A stretch of 64,000 bases of DNA from an uncultured Actinomycetes bacterium (GCA_963805545.1 CAWDUU010000002.1:1859-65858), one strand, 5' to 3'; positions 9,563 through 19,519 are shown, numbered from the stretch's first letter. Notes: generated from the sequence alone by a model not told the origin. Numbers and translations: made by a program.

Positions 9563-10465
9563 ATGCGTCCACGGCGGTCGATCATCCTCCTCGCAGCGCT
9601 GGCCGGCACGGTGCTCGCCGCTCCCGCGGCCTCGGCGCATTCGATCTCGGCCGCGACGACCCTCACGGGGGCTCCCGACCCGGTCACGCTCGGGCATACC
9701 GCGGCCTTGACGACGACCTTCACGAACGGCTCGTCGACGGCCCACAACGTCGAGGTCAGGGTCAACTTCCCCGATGCGGGCTTCGTGGACGCCATCCCGT
9801 CGACCGGCGCCTGCACGCTCGAGCACGACCACCAGGTCGAGTGCGAGTTCGGCGCAGTCGCGGGCGGGGCCGCGGTCAGCGCGACGATCCTCGTCACCGC
9901 TCCGTCGACGCCAGGGTCGCTCGATTCCACCGCCCGATGGTCGGCCGAGGACATGCCCGCCCAGTACCTGAACGCCTCGATCGGCGTCGTGGCGCCGTCG
10001 CCCGACGACCTGTCGGAGTGGGTGCTGCCGCAGGGCGCCACCGTGACGACCGACCCGGGCACGGGCGCGACGACCCAGAACCCGCAGGTGACCACCGCCG
10101 ACGTGCCGGCCACGCCGATCGGGACGCAGACCTCGCTCTCCGAGGACGATGCGGCGCCGGGCCAGTTCTGCGCGCCTTACAAGCCCTGCTTCGGCCAGGT
10201 CTCGACCATCACGATCGGGCAGACCTTCTCGCCCGGGAACCCGCTCCGCTTCGTCTTCATCCTCGACAGGTCGGAGATCCCGCACGGCACCAAGGTCAAG
10301 AAGATCCCGATGTACCACGACAGCGTGCCCGTGCCGAACTGCTCCGGCTCTCCCGGCCAGGCCTCGCCCGACCCGTGCGTCGTGAGCCGTACGAAGGTCA
10401 AGAAGTGCAGCGGCGACGTCCAGATCGTCGTCCTCTCCTCGACGAACGGCCGCTGGCGCCCGTAA
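9563..10465 (+). CDS. Secreted protein with DUF11-like beta-repeat region (hypothetical)
   Basis: ATG 9563. Signal peptide MRPRRSIILLAALAGTVLAAPAASA, then Thr/Val-rich beta-strand sequence and a Cys-containing C-terminus. Confidence 0.55.
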   Translation: MRPRRSIILLAALAGTVLAAPAASAHSISAATTLTGAPDPVTLGHTAALTTTFTNGSSTAHNVEVRVNFPDAGFVDAIPSTGACTLEHDHQVECEFGAVAGGAAVSATILVTAPSTPGSLDSTARWSAEDMPAQYLNASIGVVAPSPDDLSEWVLPQGATVTTDPGTGATTQNPQVTTADVPATPIGTQTSLSEDDAAPGQFCAPYKPCFGQVSTITIGQTFSPGNPLRFVFILDRSEIPHGTKVKKIPMYHDSVPVPNCSGSPGQASPDPCVVSRTKVKKCSGDVQIVVLSSTNGRWRP

Positions 10466-10472
10466 CGGGCTG

Positions 10473-13400
10473 CTAGGTCACGCCTTCCAGTCCGCCCAGG
10501 GCCCGCTCGACCGCCACGACGTAGCCCTTCGCGCGGCACTCGCGTGCCACCCGGTCGCGCGCGGCCGCCGCGCCGGCCGCGTCGCCCGCAGCGTCGCACG
10601 CCGCGGCGAGCGCGAGCAACGCATCGGCGCGGGTGACGGGCGCGTCGGCGTCCTCGAGCAGCGCGACCGCGCGGCGGGCCTCGGCGAGGCCGCCACCGGC
10701 GTCTCCCGCCCGGACGAGAAGGCCCGAGCGGACGCACGCGAGCATCGCGTCTGACTCGACGTCGTCGTCGCCCGTCCGGCGCTGGCCGGCCTCGACCAGC
10801 TCCGCGGCCTCGGCGTCGCGGCCCTGTGCGGCCACCGCCTGGGCGAGCAGGGCCGTCGTGGTGCTGAGGAGGTACGCCGCGCCCATCCGCTCGAGCTCGG
10901 CGACGTCGCTGCGGATGAGCCGCTCGGCCTCGGCGGGGTTGCCCGCCAGGAGCTCGACGGCCCCGGCTTCGAGCGACGTCGAGGCGGCGAGCACGCTGTT
11001 TCCGAGCTCCTCGAGCGTCGAGCGGGCCCGCGTCGAGAGCTCGCGGGCCCGGTCGAACTCGCCGCGCATCGCCTCGAGATGGGCGAGGGCCCCGAGCACG
11101 AGCCCCTCGGTGCGGCGGTCGCCGGTCGCCTCGGCGGCGATGCGCGAGCACTCGGCGATCGCCTCGGGCACCGGCGTCGGGCCGTAGACGGCGGCGACGG
11201 CGAACGACGAGGCGTTGCGGCGCTCCTGGCGCAGGTCGCCGGCGGCGCGGGCATGATCGGTCGCGCGGGCGACGGCCCCGGCCGCGTCGCCGTAGCGAAG
11301 GGCCATCGCGTGGACGGCCCCGAGCACCCGCCAGGCTTTCGCCTGGCCGGCCTCGTCGCCCATCAGCTCGAAGACGGGGATCGCCCCGCGGGCGACGCGG
11401 GCCGCCCGCTGCGACCAGTCAGGCGGCGGGTCGGCGTAGAACTCGACCAGCGCCAGGGCCAGGGCGGCGTCGGCCCGAAGGCGATGGTCGCCCGCCTCGT
11501 CGCTCGCGGCGATGGCCTCGCGCAGCACCCGCTCGGCCTCGGCGAACTCGCCGACGTCCATCAGCGCCTCGCCCAGGTCGGGCAGGAGGTCGAGCCGCTC
11601 CTGGTCGAAGGCCGGCAGCAGGGCGGCCGCCCGCCGCATCAGGTTGGCGGCGGCCGGCATGTCGCCGCGTGCGAACGCCCGCCGTCCGGCCGCCCGCAGC
11701 CGCTCGGACGCCTCCCGCCCGATCGAGCGGCCCCGGTCGTCGAGCGGTCCCAGCTCCGACAGGTAGCCGTGGGCCTGCTCCAGGTGGTAGCCGAGGATCT
11801 CCTCGTACTCGCTCGCGCGGTCGCCGTTCACCGCGTCGGCCCACTCGACGAAGCGCTCGTGCAGCTGGGCGCGGTCGCGCTTCAGGAGGCTCGCGTAGGC
11901 GGCGTCGCGGATCAGGATGTGCTGGAAGGCGAACGCGCGGCCGGTGGTCATGACCGCCGCGTGCGCCTGGAGCAGCCGCCGCCGCTCGAGTCCCGTGAGA
12001 TCGTCGGGGACCGCCGGCCGGCGCGTGTCCGGGACGAGCTCGACGACGGCGGCCTGCGGGAAGATCTGGCCGACCACCGACGCCGTGCCGACCACCTCCC
12101 GCTGCGCGTCCGCCAGCCGGTCGAGCCGGGCCGCGAGGAGTGCGCTGATCGTCGGCGGGACGGCGATGTCGCCCCCGGGCGCGTCCTGGAGCATCGCCAG
12201 CATCTGCTCCAGGAAGAGCGGGTTTCCGCCCGCCGTCTCGACGATCGTCCGCAGCGTCGCCGGCGGGATGGCCGTGCCGGCGATGCCGGCGGCCAGCTCG
12301 GCCGCCTCCTCGGGCGAGAGCCGGTCGAGCTCGATGACCGTGCCGCCGGCGGTTGCGGCCCAGCTGTCACCCTCACCCGAGACCTCGTCGCGGGTGGTGC
12401 AGAGCAGGAGCACCGGCGCGGGAGTCGCCGCCAGGTGCTCGACCAGGTCGAGCATCGTCGGCTCGGCCCAATGGAGGTCCTCGAAGGCGACCACCAGCGG
12501 GCCGGCGGCGGCGATGCGCGCCAGCACGCGCCGCAGCCCCCAGAAGAGCTCGTCGACGGGGTAGGCCGCGTCGCTCAGGCCGACGGCGGCCGCCGCCCGC
12601 TCGGCCGCGGCCTCGTCGCCGCCGGCGAGCGCGTCGAGCTTGGCGCGGGCCACGCCGTGGGGGTCGTCGTCGAGCACGCCCGCCAGCTCGCGCAGGGCCT
12701 CGGCGACGGGCCAGAACGTGATCCCCTGGCCGTAGGACAGGCAGCGGCCGCGGGTGACGGTGGCGCCCTCGGGCACCGTCGCCAGGAACTCGCTCACGAG
12801 CCGCGACTTTCCCGCGCCCGCCACCGCCTCGATCGTCACCAGGCGGGCGGCGCCGGTCTCGGCCACCGCGGCCAGCTCCCGGCGCAGGGTCGCGAGCTCC
12901 TCGTCGCGGCCGACGAGCGGGGCGGCCGGCGCGCGGGCGACGGCGGTCGTCCGCACTCCCAGAAGCCGGAAGGCCGGCATCCGCTCCGACTTGCCCTTGA
13001 GCTCGAGCGGCTCGATCGTCTCGAGGTCGGTGACGTGGGCGACGAGCTCGCGCGTGATCGGGCCGATCAGCACCTCGTCACGGCCGGCGGCCTGCTCGAG
13101 CCGGGCGGCGACGTTCACGGCGTCGCCGGTCACGAGCCGCTGGCCGGCGGACGGGTCGCCCGCGACGACCTCGCCGGTGTTGACGCCGGTGCGGTTGTGG
13201 AGCGTCACCCCGAAGCGCGTCTCGAGCTCGCCGTTCAGCCCGGCCAGCGCGGCCTGCATCCCGGCGGCCGCGCGCACGGCCCGCTCGGCGTCGTCCTCGT
13301 GCAGGTGAGGCAGGCCGAAGACGGCCATGACGGCGTCGCCGATGAACTTCTCGACCGTGCCGCCGTGCCGCTCCAGCTCGGCCTGCATGACGTCGAAGTA

Positions 13401-13598
13401 GCGCGACATCACGGCGCGCAGCGACTCCGAGTCGAGCCGCTCGCCGATCGCTGTCGAGCCCACGAGGTCGGAGAAGACGATCGTGACCGTCTTTCGGATC
13501 TCCCGCGCGGGCTCGACGGCGTGGAGCGGCGTGCCGCAGAAGCCGCAGAGGCGGAAGCGGTCGGGGTTCTCCTCGCCGCAGCTCGGGCAGATCGCCAC
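10473..13598 (-). CDS. Zn-ribbon / class III adenylate-guanylate cyclase / AAA(STAND-like) ATPase / TPR multidomain signalling protein
   Basis: GTG 13598. CPSCGEENPDRFRLCGFCG zinc ribbon. Cyclase blocks FSDLVGST, KFIGDAVMAVFG, RTGVNTGEVVAG and GDAVNVAARLE. P-loop AVAGAGKSRL. Long Ala/Leu-rich TPR-like C-terminal half. Confidence 0.85.
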   Translation of the reverse strand: MAICPSCGEENPDRFRLCGFCGTPLHAVEPAREIRKTVTIVFSDLVGSTAIGERLDSESLRAVMSRYFDVMQAELERHGGTVEKFIGDAVMAVFGLPHLHEDDAERAVRAAAGMQAALAGLNGELETRFGVTLHNRTGVNTGEVVAGDPSAGQRLVTGDAVNVAARLEQAAGRDEVLIGPITRELVAHVTDLETIEPLELKGKSERMPAFRLLGVRTTAVARAPAAPLVGRDEELATLRRELAAVAETGAARLVTIEAVAGAGKSRLVSEFLATVPEGATVTRGRCLSYGQGITFWPVAEALRELAGVLDDDPHGVARAKLDALAGGDEAAAERAAAAVGLSDAAYPVDELFWGLRRVLARIAAAGPLVVAFEDLHWAEPTMLDLVEHLAATPAPVLLLCTTRDEVSGEGDSWAATAGGTVIELDRLSPEEAAELAAGIAGTAIPPATLRTIVETAGGNPLFLEQMLAMLQDAPGGDIAVPPTISALLAARLDRLADAQREVVGTASVVGQIFPQAAVVELVPDTRRPAVPDDLTGLERRRLLQAHAAVMTTGRAFAFQHILIRDAAYASLLKRDRAQLHERFVEWADAVNGDRASEYEEILGYHLEQAHGYLSELGPLDDRGRSIGREASERLRAAGRRAFARGDMPAAANLMRRAAALLPAFDQERLDLLPDLGEALMDVGEFAEAERVLREAIAASDEAGDHRLRADAALALALVEFYADPPPDWSQRAARVARGAIPVFELMGDEAGQAKAWRVLGAVHAMALRYGDAAGAVARATDHARAAGDLRQERRNASSFAVAAVYGPTPVPEAIAECSRIAAEATGDRRTEGLVLGALAHLEAMRGEFDRARELSTRARSTLEELGNSVLAASTSLEAGAVELLAGNPAEAERLIRSDVAELERMGAAYLLSTTTALLAQAVAAQGRDAEAAELVEAGQRRTGDDDVESDAMLACVRSGLLVRAGDAGGGLAEARRAVALLEDADAPVTRADALLALAAACDAAGDAAGAAAARDRVARECRAKGYVVAVERALGGLEGVT

Positions 13599-13665
13599 GG
13601 GTTCAGTCTACGGCCGCGCGTCCGAGAGCACGGAGACCTTGCGTCGTGAGGCGACGGCTGCCAGC

Positions 13666-14649
13666 ATGCTTGCCGCCGTGCCCGAGCTGTATCCACCGAT
13701 CGAGCCGCATGACCAGGGCATGCTCGCCGTCGGCGACGGCAACGAGGTGCACTGGGAGGTGTCCGGAAGTCCTGACGGGAGGGCGGCGCTCGTGCTCCAC
13801 GGCGGCCCCGGATCGGGCTGCACGCCCTGGCACCACCGGTTGTTCGACCCGGCCGGCTACCGCACCGTCCTGCTCGATCAGCGTGGCGCGGGCCGCAGCA
13901 CCCCGCACGCGAGCGAGCCGGACGCCGACCTTTCGGTGAACACGACGGCGCACCTGATCGCCGACTGCGAGCGGCTGCGCGAGCGGCTCGGGATCGATCG
14001 CTGGCTGCTTCTCGGAGGGTCATGGGGAAGCACGCTCGCGCTCGCCTACGCCGAGCAGCACCCCGACCGGGTCACCGAGATCGTGCTGTTCGGCGTCACC
14101 GCGGGCACTCGCCGCGAGGACGACTGGCTGTTCCGCGAGGGGTTGGGCGAGCTGTTCCCGGAGCAGTGGGAGCGCAGGCGCGCGGCGCTGCCGGCGGAGC
14201 TGCGCGGCGGTGATGTGGTCGAGGGGTACCGCCGGCTGCTCTTCGACCCCGATCCCGCCGTCCGCGAGCACGCGGCCTACGAATGGTGCCTGTGGGAGTC
14301 GGCGACGCCGGAGTGGCCGCCGCGCACGGGACTGTCACCGCGGTTCGAGGATCCGCGCTTCCGCCTCGGCTTCGCCCGGCTGGTGACGCATTACGTCGGC
14401 CACGACTCGTTCCTCCCCGACGGTGAGCTGTTGCGCGGCCTCGACCGGCTGGCGGGCATCCCCGCGGTGCTCATCAACGGCCGCTACGACATGCAGGCGC
14501 CGCTGCGCACGGCATGGGAGCTCGACCGCGCGTGGGACAGCGCCGAGCTGGTCGTGGTGGACGGTGCCGGGCACTCCGCGGGCGGCGACATCGCCGCCGA
14601 GATCGTCCGCGCCACGGATCGCTTCGCGGGTAGCACGCTGGGCCCCTGA
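13666..14649 (+). CDS. pip: Prolyl aminopeptidase (proline iminopeptidase, alpha/beta hydrolase)
   Basis: ATG 13666. LVLHGGPGSG, DQRGAGRS and the nucleophile elbow GGSWGSTLAL. Confidence 0.85.
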   Translation: MLAAVPELYPPIEPHDQGMLAVGDGNEVHWEVSGSPDGRAALVLHGGPGSGCTPWHHRLFDPAGYRTVLLDQRGAGRSTPHASEPDADLSVNTTAHLIADCERLRERLGIDRWLLLGGSWGSTLALAYAEQHPDRVTEIVLFGVTAGTRREDDWLFREGLGELFPEQWERRRAALPAELRGGDVVEGYRRLLFDPDPAVREHAAYEWCLWESATPEWPPRTGLSPRFEDPRFRLGFARLVTHYVGHDSFLPDGELLRGLDRLAGIPAVLINGRYDMQAPLRTAWELDRAWDSAELVVVDGAGHSAGGDIAAEIVRATDRFAGSTLGP

Positions 14650-14671
14650 CACAAGCGGCGATCGCCGTCGT

Positions 14672-15925
14672 TCAGGCGTCGGAACTGTGGATCTCGATGA
14701 TACCCCCGGCGGCCGGGGGCCGGCCGGCGCGCGCGTCGTAGCGCCAGAACGCGGGGAGGAGCGCGATCGCGACTCCGACCCCGGCCACGCACAGGAGCCC
14801 GCCCGACACGATCGAGAACGGCACCGACGTGAGCGACGCGACGCCGCCGGCCTCGACGTTGCCGAGCAGCGGTCCCGTGGAGTAGCTCACCTGCTCGATC
14901 CCGGCCAGCCGGCCGCGGAGCTCGTCGGGGATCGTCTGGTTCCAGATCGTCGAGCGGAAGACGCCCGAGATCATGTCCGACCCGCCGGCGAGGACGAGGC
15001 CCGCGAGCGCGATCGGGAGGTTCGGGGCGAGCCCGAAGGCGACGATGCCGAGGCCCCAGCCCGCCGCCGCGATGCAGACGGCGGCGCCGTGGCGGTTCAC
15101 GCGGCCGGTCCAGCCGCTGGTCACCGTCGCCAGGAGCGAGCCGACGGCGGGGGCCGCGAAGAGCAGGCCGAGCGCGCCCGCCCCGCCGAGGTCGGCGGCG
15201 ACCGCCGGGAAGAGCGCCTCGGGCATGCCGAAGAGCATCGCGACGATGTCGACCGCGTAGGTGCCGACCAGCTCCGGCCGGGAGCGGGCGTAGGCGGCGC
15301 CCTCGGCGATGCGGCGCAGGCTGGGCGGCTCGGCCTCCGGCGGCGGCGGGACGGCCCGCATCATCCAGAGCGCGGTCAGCGAGACGACGAAGGTGGCGAC
15401 GTCGACCGCGTAGGTGGCGGCGAGGCCGATCGAGGCGATGAGGACGCCGGCGACGGCCGGCCCGGCGACCATCCCGATCGTCATGCGAAACGACGAGAGC
15501 GCGCCCGCCGCCGTCATCTCGTCGCGGTCGACGAGCCTCGGGGTGAGGGCTTCGAGCGACGGCCGCTGGAGCCCGTCGAGCATCGCCATGAGGGCGGCGA
15601 GCACGAAGATCACCCACAGCTTCGGGTGCGGGAGGAGCGCGTTTGCGACCAGGGCCGCCGAGGCGGCCGCGAAGGCGAGCTCGGTGATCTGCATCATGCG
15701 GCGGCGGTCGACGGCGTCGGCGATGGCGCCGCCCAGAACCGCGCTTCCGAGGAGCGGCACGAGCTCGACGACGCCGAGCAGGCCGACGATGAACGACGAG
15801 TGGCTGAGCTCGTACGCCTGGAAGGGGAAGGCGACGTAGGTGATCATCGAGCCCAGGAACGAGACGCCCTGGCCGATGAAGAGCAGGCGGAAGTCGCGGT
15901 GCCGCCTGAGCGGCCCGACGTCCAT
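14672..15925 (-). CDS. MFS transporter (EntS/DUF894-like)
   Basis: ATG 15925 (alternative in-frame GTG at 16033). RHRDFRLLFIGQGVSFLG N-terminus and about 12 hydrophobic helices. Confidence 0.8.
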   Translation of the reverse strand: MDVGPLRRHRDFRLLFIGQGVSFLGSMITYVAFPFQAYELSHSSFIVGLLGVVELVPLLGSAVLGGAIADAVDRRRMMQITELAFAAASAALVANALLPHPKLWVIFVLAALMAMLDGLQRPSLEALTPRLVDRDEMTAAGALSSFRMTIGMVAGPAVAGVLIASIGLAATYAVDVATFVVSLTALWMMRAVPPPPEAEPPSLRRIAEGAAYARSRPELVGTYAVDIVAMLFGMPEALFPAVAADLGGAGALGLLFAAPAVGSLLATVTSGWTGRVNRHGAAVCIAAAGWGLGIVAFGLAPNLPIALAGLVLAGGSDMISGVFRSTIWNQTIPDELRGRLAGIEQVSYSTGPLLGNVEAGGVASLTSVPFSIVSGGLLCVAGVGVAIALLPAFWRYDARAGRPPAAGGIIEIHSSDA

Positions 15926-16463
15926 CGCCGTCGAGGTGAGGAGGCGGCGCACGCCGCCCGGCTTGATCGGCGGGCCGGGCCCGAGCCGCTCGGCCTCGGC
16001 CTCGCGTTCGTCGAGGTCGTCGTCCGCGGTCACGGCCGCGCAGGATATGCGGCGGCTGCTAGCCCTCGCCGTGGGCGGGGGACGGTGCGGACGTCTGCGC
16101 GAGGCAGGCACGAGTGCGCTCCCGACCAGGGCGCCGCGACGGGCGTTAGACCGTAGGCTTCGGATCGCCGCGATCGACAGCAGAAGGCGGCAGGCGAGGG
16201 CGAGCCGAGCCGTGACGGTGCGCGGACGCTTGCGATCGTGGTCGAGGTGTGATCCGAAACTGGCCGCTGCGGTAGATGCCGGCGTCTGATCGGAGCCAGC
16301 CGAGCCACAAGCCGGGGCCGCGAGCAGCGTTGCCCCGGCTCCGGCGACGGCGAGGCGCCGCGCGGCTCGCACCGGCGTCGTCAGGACGCGAATCGCGGCG
16401 AGGCCAAGGGCCGCAGCAGCCGCGATCGGCCAGAGCGCGATCAGATCGGTGACGGCGCGCGAG

Positions 16464-17432
16464 TCAGCCGGCACGGCCTGCCATGAGCTCGCCGAATCGG
16501 GCCGTGCCGACGTTGCCGCCCGAGACGACGACGCCGACGCGCGCTCCGGCGATATCGGGGACGTGGCCGGCCAGGAGCGCGGCCGCCGCGCTCGCGCCGC
16601 TCGGCTCCGTCACGAGCTTCATCCGGTCGAAGAGGAAGGCCATCGCGTCGATGATCTCGGCGTCCGACACCGTGACGATCGTATCGACAACCTGACGGTT
16701 TACGGCGAACGTCAGCTCGCCGGGGATGTCGGCCTGCTGGCCGTCGGCGATGGTGCGCGGGACCGGGATGCGGATGCGCTCGCCGGCCTCGAGCGACCGT
16801 CGGGTGTCGTCACCCGCCTCGGGCTCGACGCCGATCACGCGGATGCCGGGGCGGATTGCCTTCGCCGCGGTCGCACAGCCGGCGATGAGTCCGCCGCCGC
16901 CGACGGGTGCGAGCAGCACGTCCAGGTCGGCCACGTCCTCGAGCAGCTCGAGCGCCGCGGTGCCCTGGCCGGCCATGACCAGCGGGTGCTCGTACGGGGG
17001 CACGAGGACGAGGCCGCGCTCCTCGGCGAGCGCGGCGCCGAGCGCCTCGCGGTCCTCGGCGTAGCGGTCATAGGTCACGACCTCGGCGCCGTAGCCGCGG
17101 GTCGCGTCGAGCTTCGCCGCCGGGGTGTCGGCGGGCATGAGGATGGTCGCCGAGGTACCGAGCAGCCGCGCCGCGAGCGACACCGCCTGGGCGTGGTTCC
17201 CCGACGAGTAGGCGACGACGCCCCGCGCCCGCTGGCGCGGGTCGAGTGACGAGATCATGTTGTAGGCGCCGCGGAACTTGAACGCCCCGCCCCGCTGGAG
17301 GCACTCGGCCTTGAGAAAGGCCGTCGCGCCCGTCCGCTCGTCGAGCGTCCGGGAGGTGAGCACGGGCGTCCGGTGGGCGACCCCGGAGAGGCGCTCGGCG
17401 GCGGCGCGGACGTCGTCGAGGCTCAGGGTCAC
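16464..17432 (-). CDS. PLP-dependent threonine/serine dehydratase family (short form, serine-racemase-like)
   Basis: FLKAECLQRGGAFKFRGA (PLP lysine), SSGNHAQA and GGGGLIAG. 322 aa with no regulatory ACT domains. Confidence 0.85.
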   Translation of the reverse strand: MTLSLDDVRAAAERLSGVAHRTPVLTSRTLDERTGATAFLKAECLQRGGAFKFRGAYNMISSLDPRQRARGVVAYSSGNHAQAVSLAARLLGTSATILMPADTPAAKLDATRGYGAEVVTYDRYAEDREALGAALAEERGLVLVPPYEHPLVMAGQGTAALELLEDVADLDVLLAPVGGGGLIAGCATAAKAIRPGIRVIGVEPEAGDDTRRSLEAGERIRIPVPRTIADGQQADIPGELTFAVNRQVVDTIVTVSDAEIIDAMAFLFDRMKLVTEPSGASAAAALLAGHVPDIAGARVGVVVSGGNVGTARFGELMAGRAG

Positions 17433-17462
17433 GGCTCGGATCGTATCGGCCGGCCCGCCAGG

Positions 17463-17492
17463 TTGACGTCGTAGGTAGTTAGTGCTAACTTA
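17463..17492 (+). promoter_or_regulatory. Candidate tetR promoter (TTGACG-17-TAACTT) with overlapping inverted repeat AGTTAG-TG-CTAACT
   Basis: -35 at 17463-17468 and -10 at 17486-17491. AT-rich palindrome at 17477-17490. The ATG at 17500 implies a near-leaderless transcript. Confidence 0.5.
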
Positions 17493-17499
17493 CTTCGCC

Positions 17500-18039
17500 A
17501 TGGTGCGGATGAAGGCGGAACAACGGCGGCAGGCGATCATCGACGCCGCGATCGACGAGTTCGGAGCAGGCGGTCTCGCCGGCACGAACGTCGAGGCGAT
17601 CGCGCGCCGCGTGCGCGTGACCCAGCCCTACGTCTTCCGGCTCTTCGGCACCAAGAAGGCGCTCTTCCTGGCGTGCGTCGAGGTGTGCTTCGCCGAGACG
17701 CACGACGCGTTCGAGAGCGCGGCCGCGGGCCTCTCCGGCGACCACGCCCTCCAGGCGATGGGACGGGCGTACGGCGAGCTGATCAAAGATCGCTCGAAGC
17801 TCAAGATGCAGCTCCAGGCGTATGCGGCGTGCGACGACGTCGACGTGCGCCGGCTCGTCCGGCGCCGCTACGGCGAGCTCGTGGAGTTCGTCGAGGGCGT
17901 CTCGGGTGCCGACGAGGCGCGCGTCAGCGCGTTCTTCGCCACCGGCATGATGCTGAACGTCCTCGCCGCCGGCGACCTGCTCGGCGCGAAGGACGGGTGG
18001 GCGGCGAGGCTCCTGACCGGGCTCGGCGTTCCCGCCTAG
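17500..18039 (+). CDS. TetR-family transcriptional regulator
   Basis: RRQAIIDAAIDEFGAGGLAGTNVEAIARRVRVTQPYVFRLFGTKKALF is a TetR HTH. I prefer ATG 17500 to GTG 17482 because the operator/promoter covers 17482. Confidence 0.85.
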   Translation: MVRMKAEQRRQAIIDAAIDEFGAGGLAGTNVEAIARRVRVTQPYVFRLFGTKKALFLACVEVCFAETHDAFESAAAGLSGDHALQAMGRAYGELIKDRSKLKMQLQAYAACDDVDVRRLVRRRYGELVEFVEGVSGADEARVSAFFATGMMLNVLAAGDLLGAKDGWAARLLTGLGVPA

Positions 18040-18053
18040 CCGGTCTCCTTTTT

Positions 18054-18083
18054 TTCACATCCGATATTAGTGAGCACTAACTA
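18054..18083 (+). promoter_or_regulatory. Candidate MFS promoter (TTCACA-18-TAACTA) with palindrome TTAGTG-AG-CACTAA
   Basis: Perfect 6-2-6 palindrome at 18067-18080. It shares the TTAGTG/CTAACT words with the site at 17476-17492. AAGGAGG Shine-Dalgarno at 18090-18096 before ATG 18103. Confidence 0.5.
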
Positions 18084-18102
18084 CCAACTAAGGAGGAATC
18101 GC

Positions 18103-19512
18103 ATGAGTCGCAAGGCTCCCATTGTCTGGACATTCGCGATCACCTCGATCGCGCTCTTCATGACGACGCTCGACAACCTCGTCGTCACCACCGCGCTTCC
18201 GACCATGCAGCGCGACCTGCACGCCTCGATCTCCGGCCTCGAGTGGACCGTGAACGCCTACACGCTGACGTTCGCCGTCCTGCTCATGCTCGGCGCGGCG
18301 GTGGGCGACAGGCTCGGCCGAAAGCGCGTCTTCCTCGCCGGGCTCGGCATCTTCACGCTCGGCTCGGCCGCGGCGGCGATGTCGCCGTCGATCGAGTGGC
18401 TGATCGGCGCGCGCGCGCTCCAGGGCGTGGGCGGCGCGATCGTCACGCCGCTCACCCTCACCATCCTGAGCGACGCCGTTCCGGCCGAGCGGCGCGGACT
18501 CGCGCTGGGGCTCTGGGGCGGCGTGTCCGGCCTGGGGGTTGCGCTCGGGCCGCTCGTCGGCGGCGCGGTCGTCCAGGGCCTCTCCTGGCAGTGGATCTTC
18601 TGGCTGAACGTGCCGATCGGCCTGGCGGCGATCCCGCTCGGCCTCTCCCGCCTGCGCGAGAGCCACGGGCCGGCCGCCCGCCTCGACGTGACCGGAGTCG
18701 GACTCGTCACCGCATCGGCGCTCGGCCTCGTCTGGGGCCTCGTCCGCGCCAACTCGCGCGGCTGGACGAGCCCGGAGATCGCGATCTCGCTGGTCGCGGG
18801 CGGGGTGCTCCTCGTCGCGTTCGTCGCCTGGGAGCGGCGCGCCCGCGAGCCGATGCTGCCGATGCGCTTCTTCAGGAACCGGGCGTTCGCGGCGGCCAAC
18901 GCGGCGTCGCTGCTCATGTTCTTCGGGATGTTCGGGTCGATCTTCCTCCTGACCCAGTACCTCCAGAACGTCCAGGGCAACTCGCCGCTCCACGCCGGCC
19001 TGCGCATGCTGCCGTGGACCGGGATGCCGATGATCGTCGCGCCGATCGCCGGCGCCCTGACCGACCGGATCGGGGCCCGACCGCTGATCACGGCGGGCCT
19101 CGTGCTCCAGGCGACGGCGCTCGCGTGGCTCGCCGCGATCACCGCGCCCGACGTGGCCTACGTCGAACTCGTGCCGCCGTTCGCGATCGCGGGCGTCGGG
19201 ATGGCACTCTTCTTCGCTCCGGTCGCGACCGTCGTGCTCGGTTCGGTCAGCCCGGGCGAGGCCGGCAAGGCGTCGGGCGCCAACAACGCGATCCGCGAGC
19301 TGGGCGGGGTGTTCGGGGTCGCGGTTCTGGCCTCGATCTTCGCCCACCAGGGCGGATACGCCTCGGCCGACCTCTTCACCGACGGCATCGTCCCGGCGCT
19401 CTGGGTCGGTGCTGCGGTGGTCGGGGTCGGGGCCGTCGCGGCCGGCCTGATCCCGGGCCGCCGCATCGCGGCTGCCCGGGTCGGCGACCCCGCCCTCCAG
19501 GGGGCCGACTAG
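18103..19512 (+). CDS. MFS drug:H+ antiporter, DHA2 (EmrB/QacA, 14-TMS) family
   Basis: ATG 18103 after AAGGAGG. FMTTLDNLVVTTALPTMQRDL, GDRLGRKRVFL, about 14 helices. Confidence 0.9.
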   Translation: MSRKAPIVWTFAITSIALFMTTLDNLVVTTALPTMQRDLHASISGLEWTVNAYTLTFAVLLMLGAAVGDRLGRKRVFLAGLGIFTLGSAAAAMSPSIEWLIGARALQGVGGAIVTPLTLTILSDAVPAERRGLALGLWGGVSGLGVALGPLVGGAVVQGLSWQWIFWLNVPIGLAAIPLGLSRLRESHGPAARLDVTGVGLVTASALGLVWGLVRANSRGWTSPEIAISLVAGGVLLVAFVAWERRAREPMLPMRFFRNRAFAAANAASLLMFFGMFGSIFLLTQYLQNVQGNSPLHAGLRMLPWTGMPMIVAPIAGALTDRIGARPLITAGLVLQATALAWLAAITAPDVAYVELVPPFAIAGVGMALFFAPVATVVLGSVSPGEAGKASGANNAIRELGGVFGVAVLASIFAHQGGYASADLFTDGIVPALWVGAAVVGVGAVAAGLIPGRRIAAARVGDPALQGAD

Positions 19513-19519
19513 CGCAAGT

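Noticed and set aside
16034-16463. Roughly 430 nt between the dehydratase and the MFS gene. It is read in the track as an N-terminal extension of the MFS ORF and contains a Tat/lipobox-like string (RRLAVAGAGATLLAAPACGS).
   Set aside because: The sequence downstream of the putative signal peptide is not protein-like in any frame, and no start or Shine-Dalgarno is evident. It may be a relic of a lipoprotein gene, but that cannot be supported.
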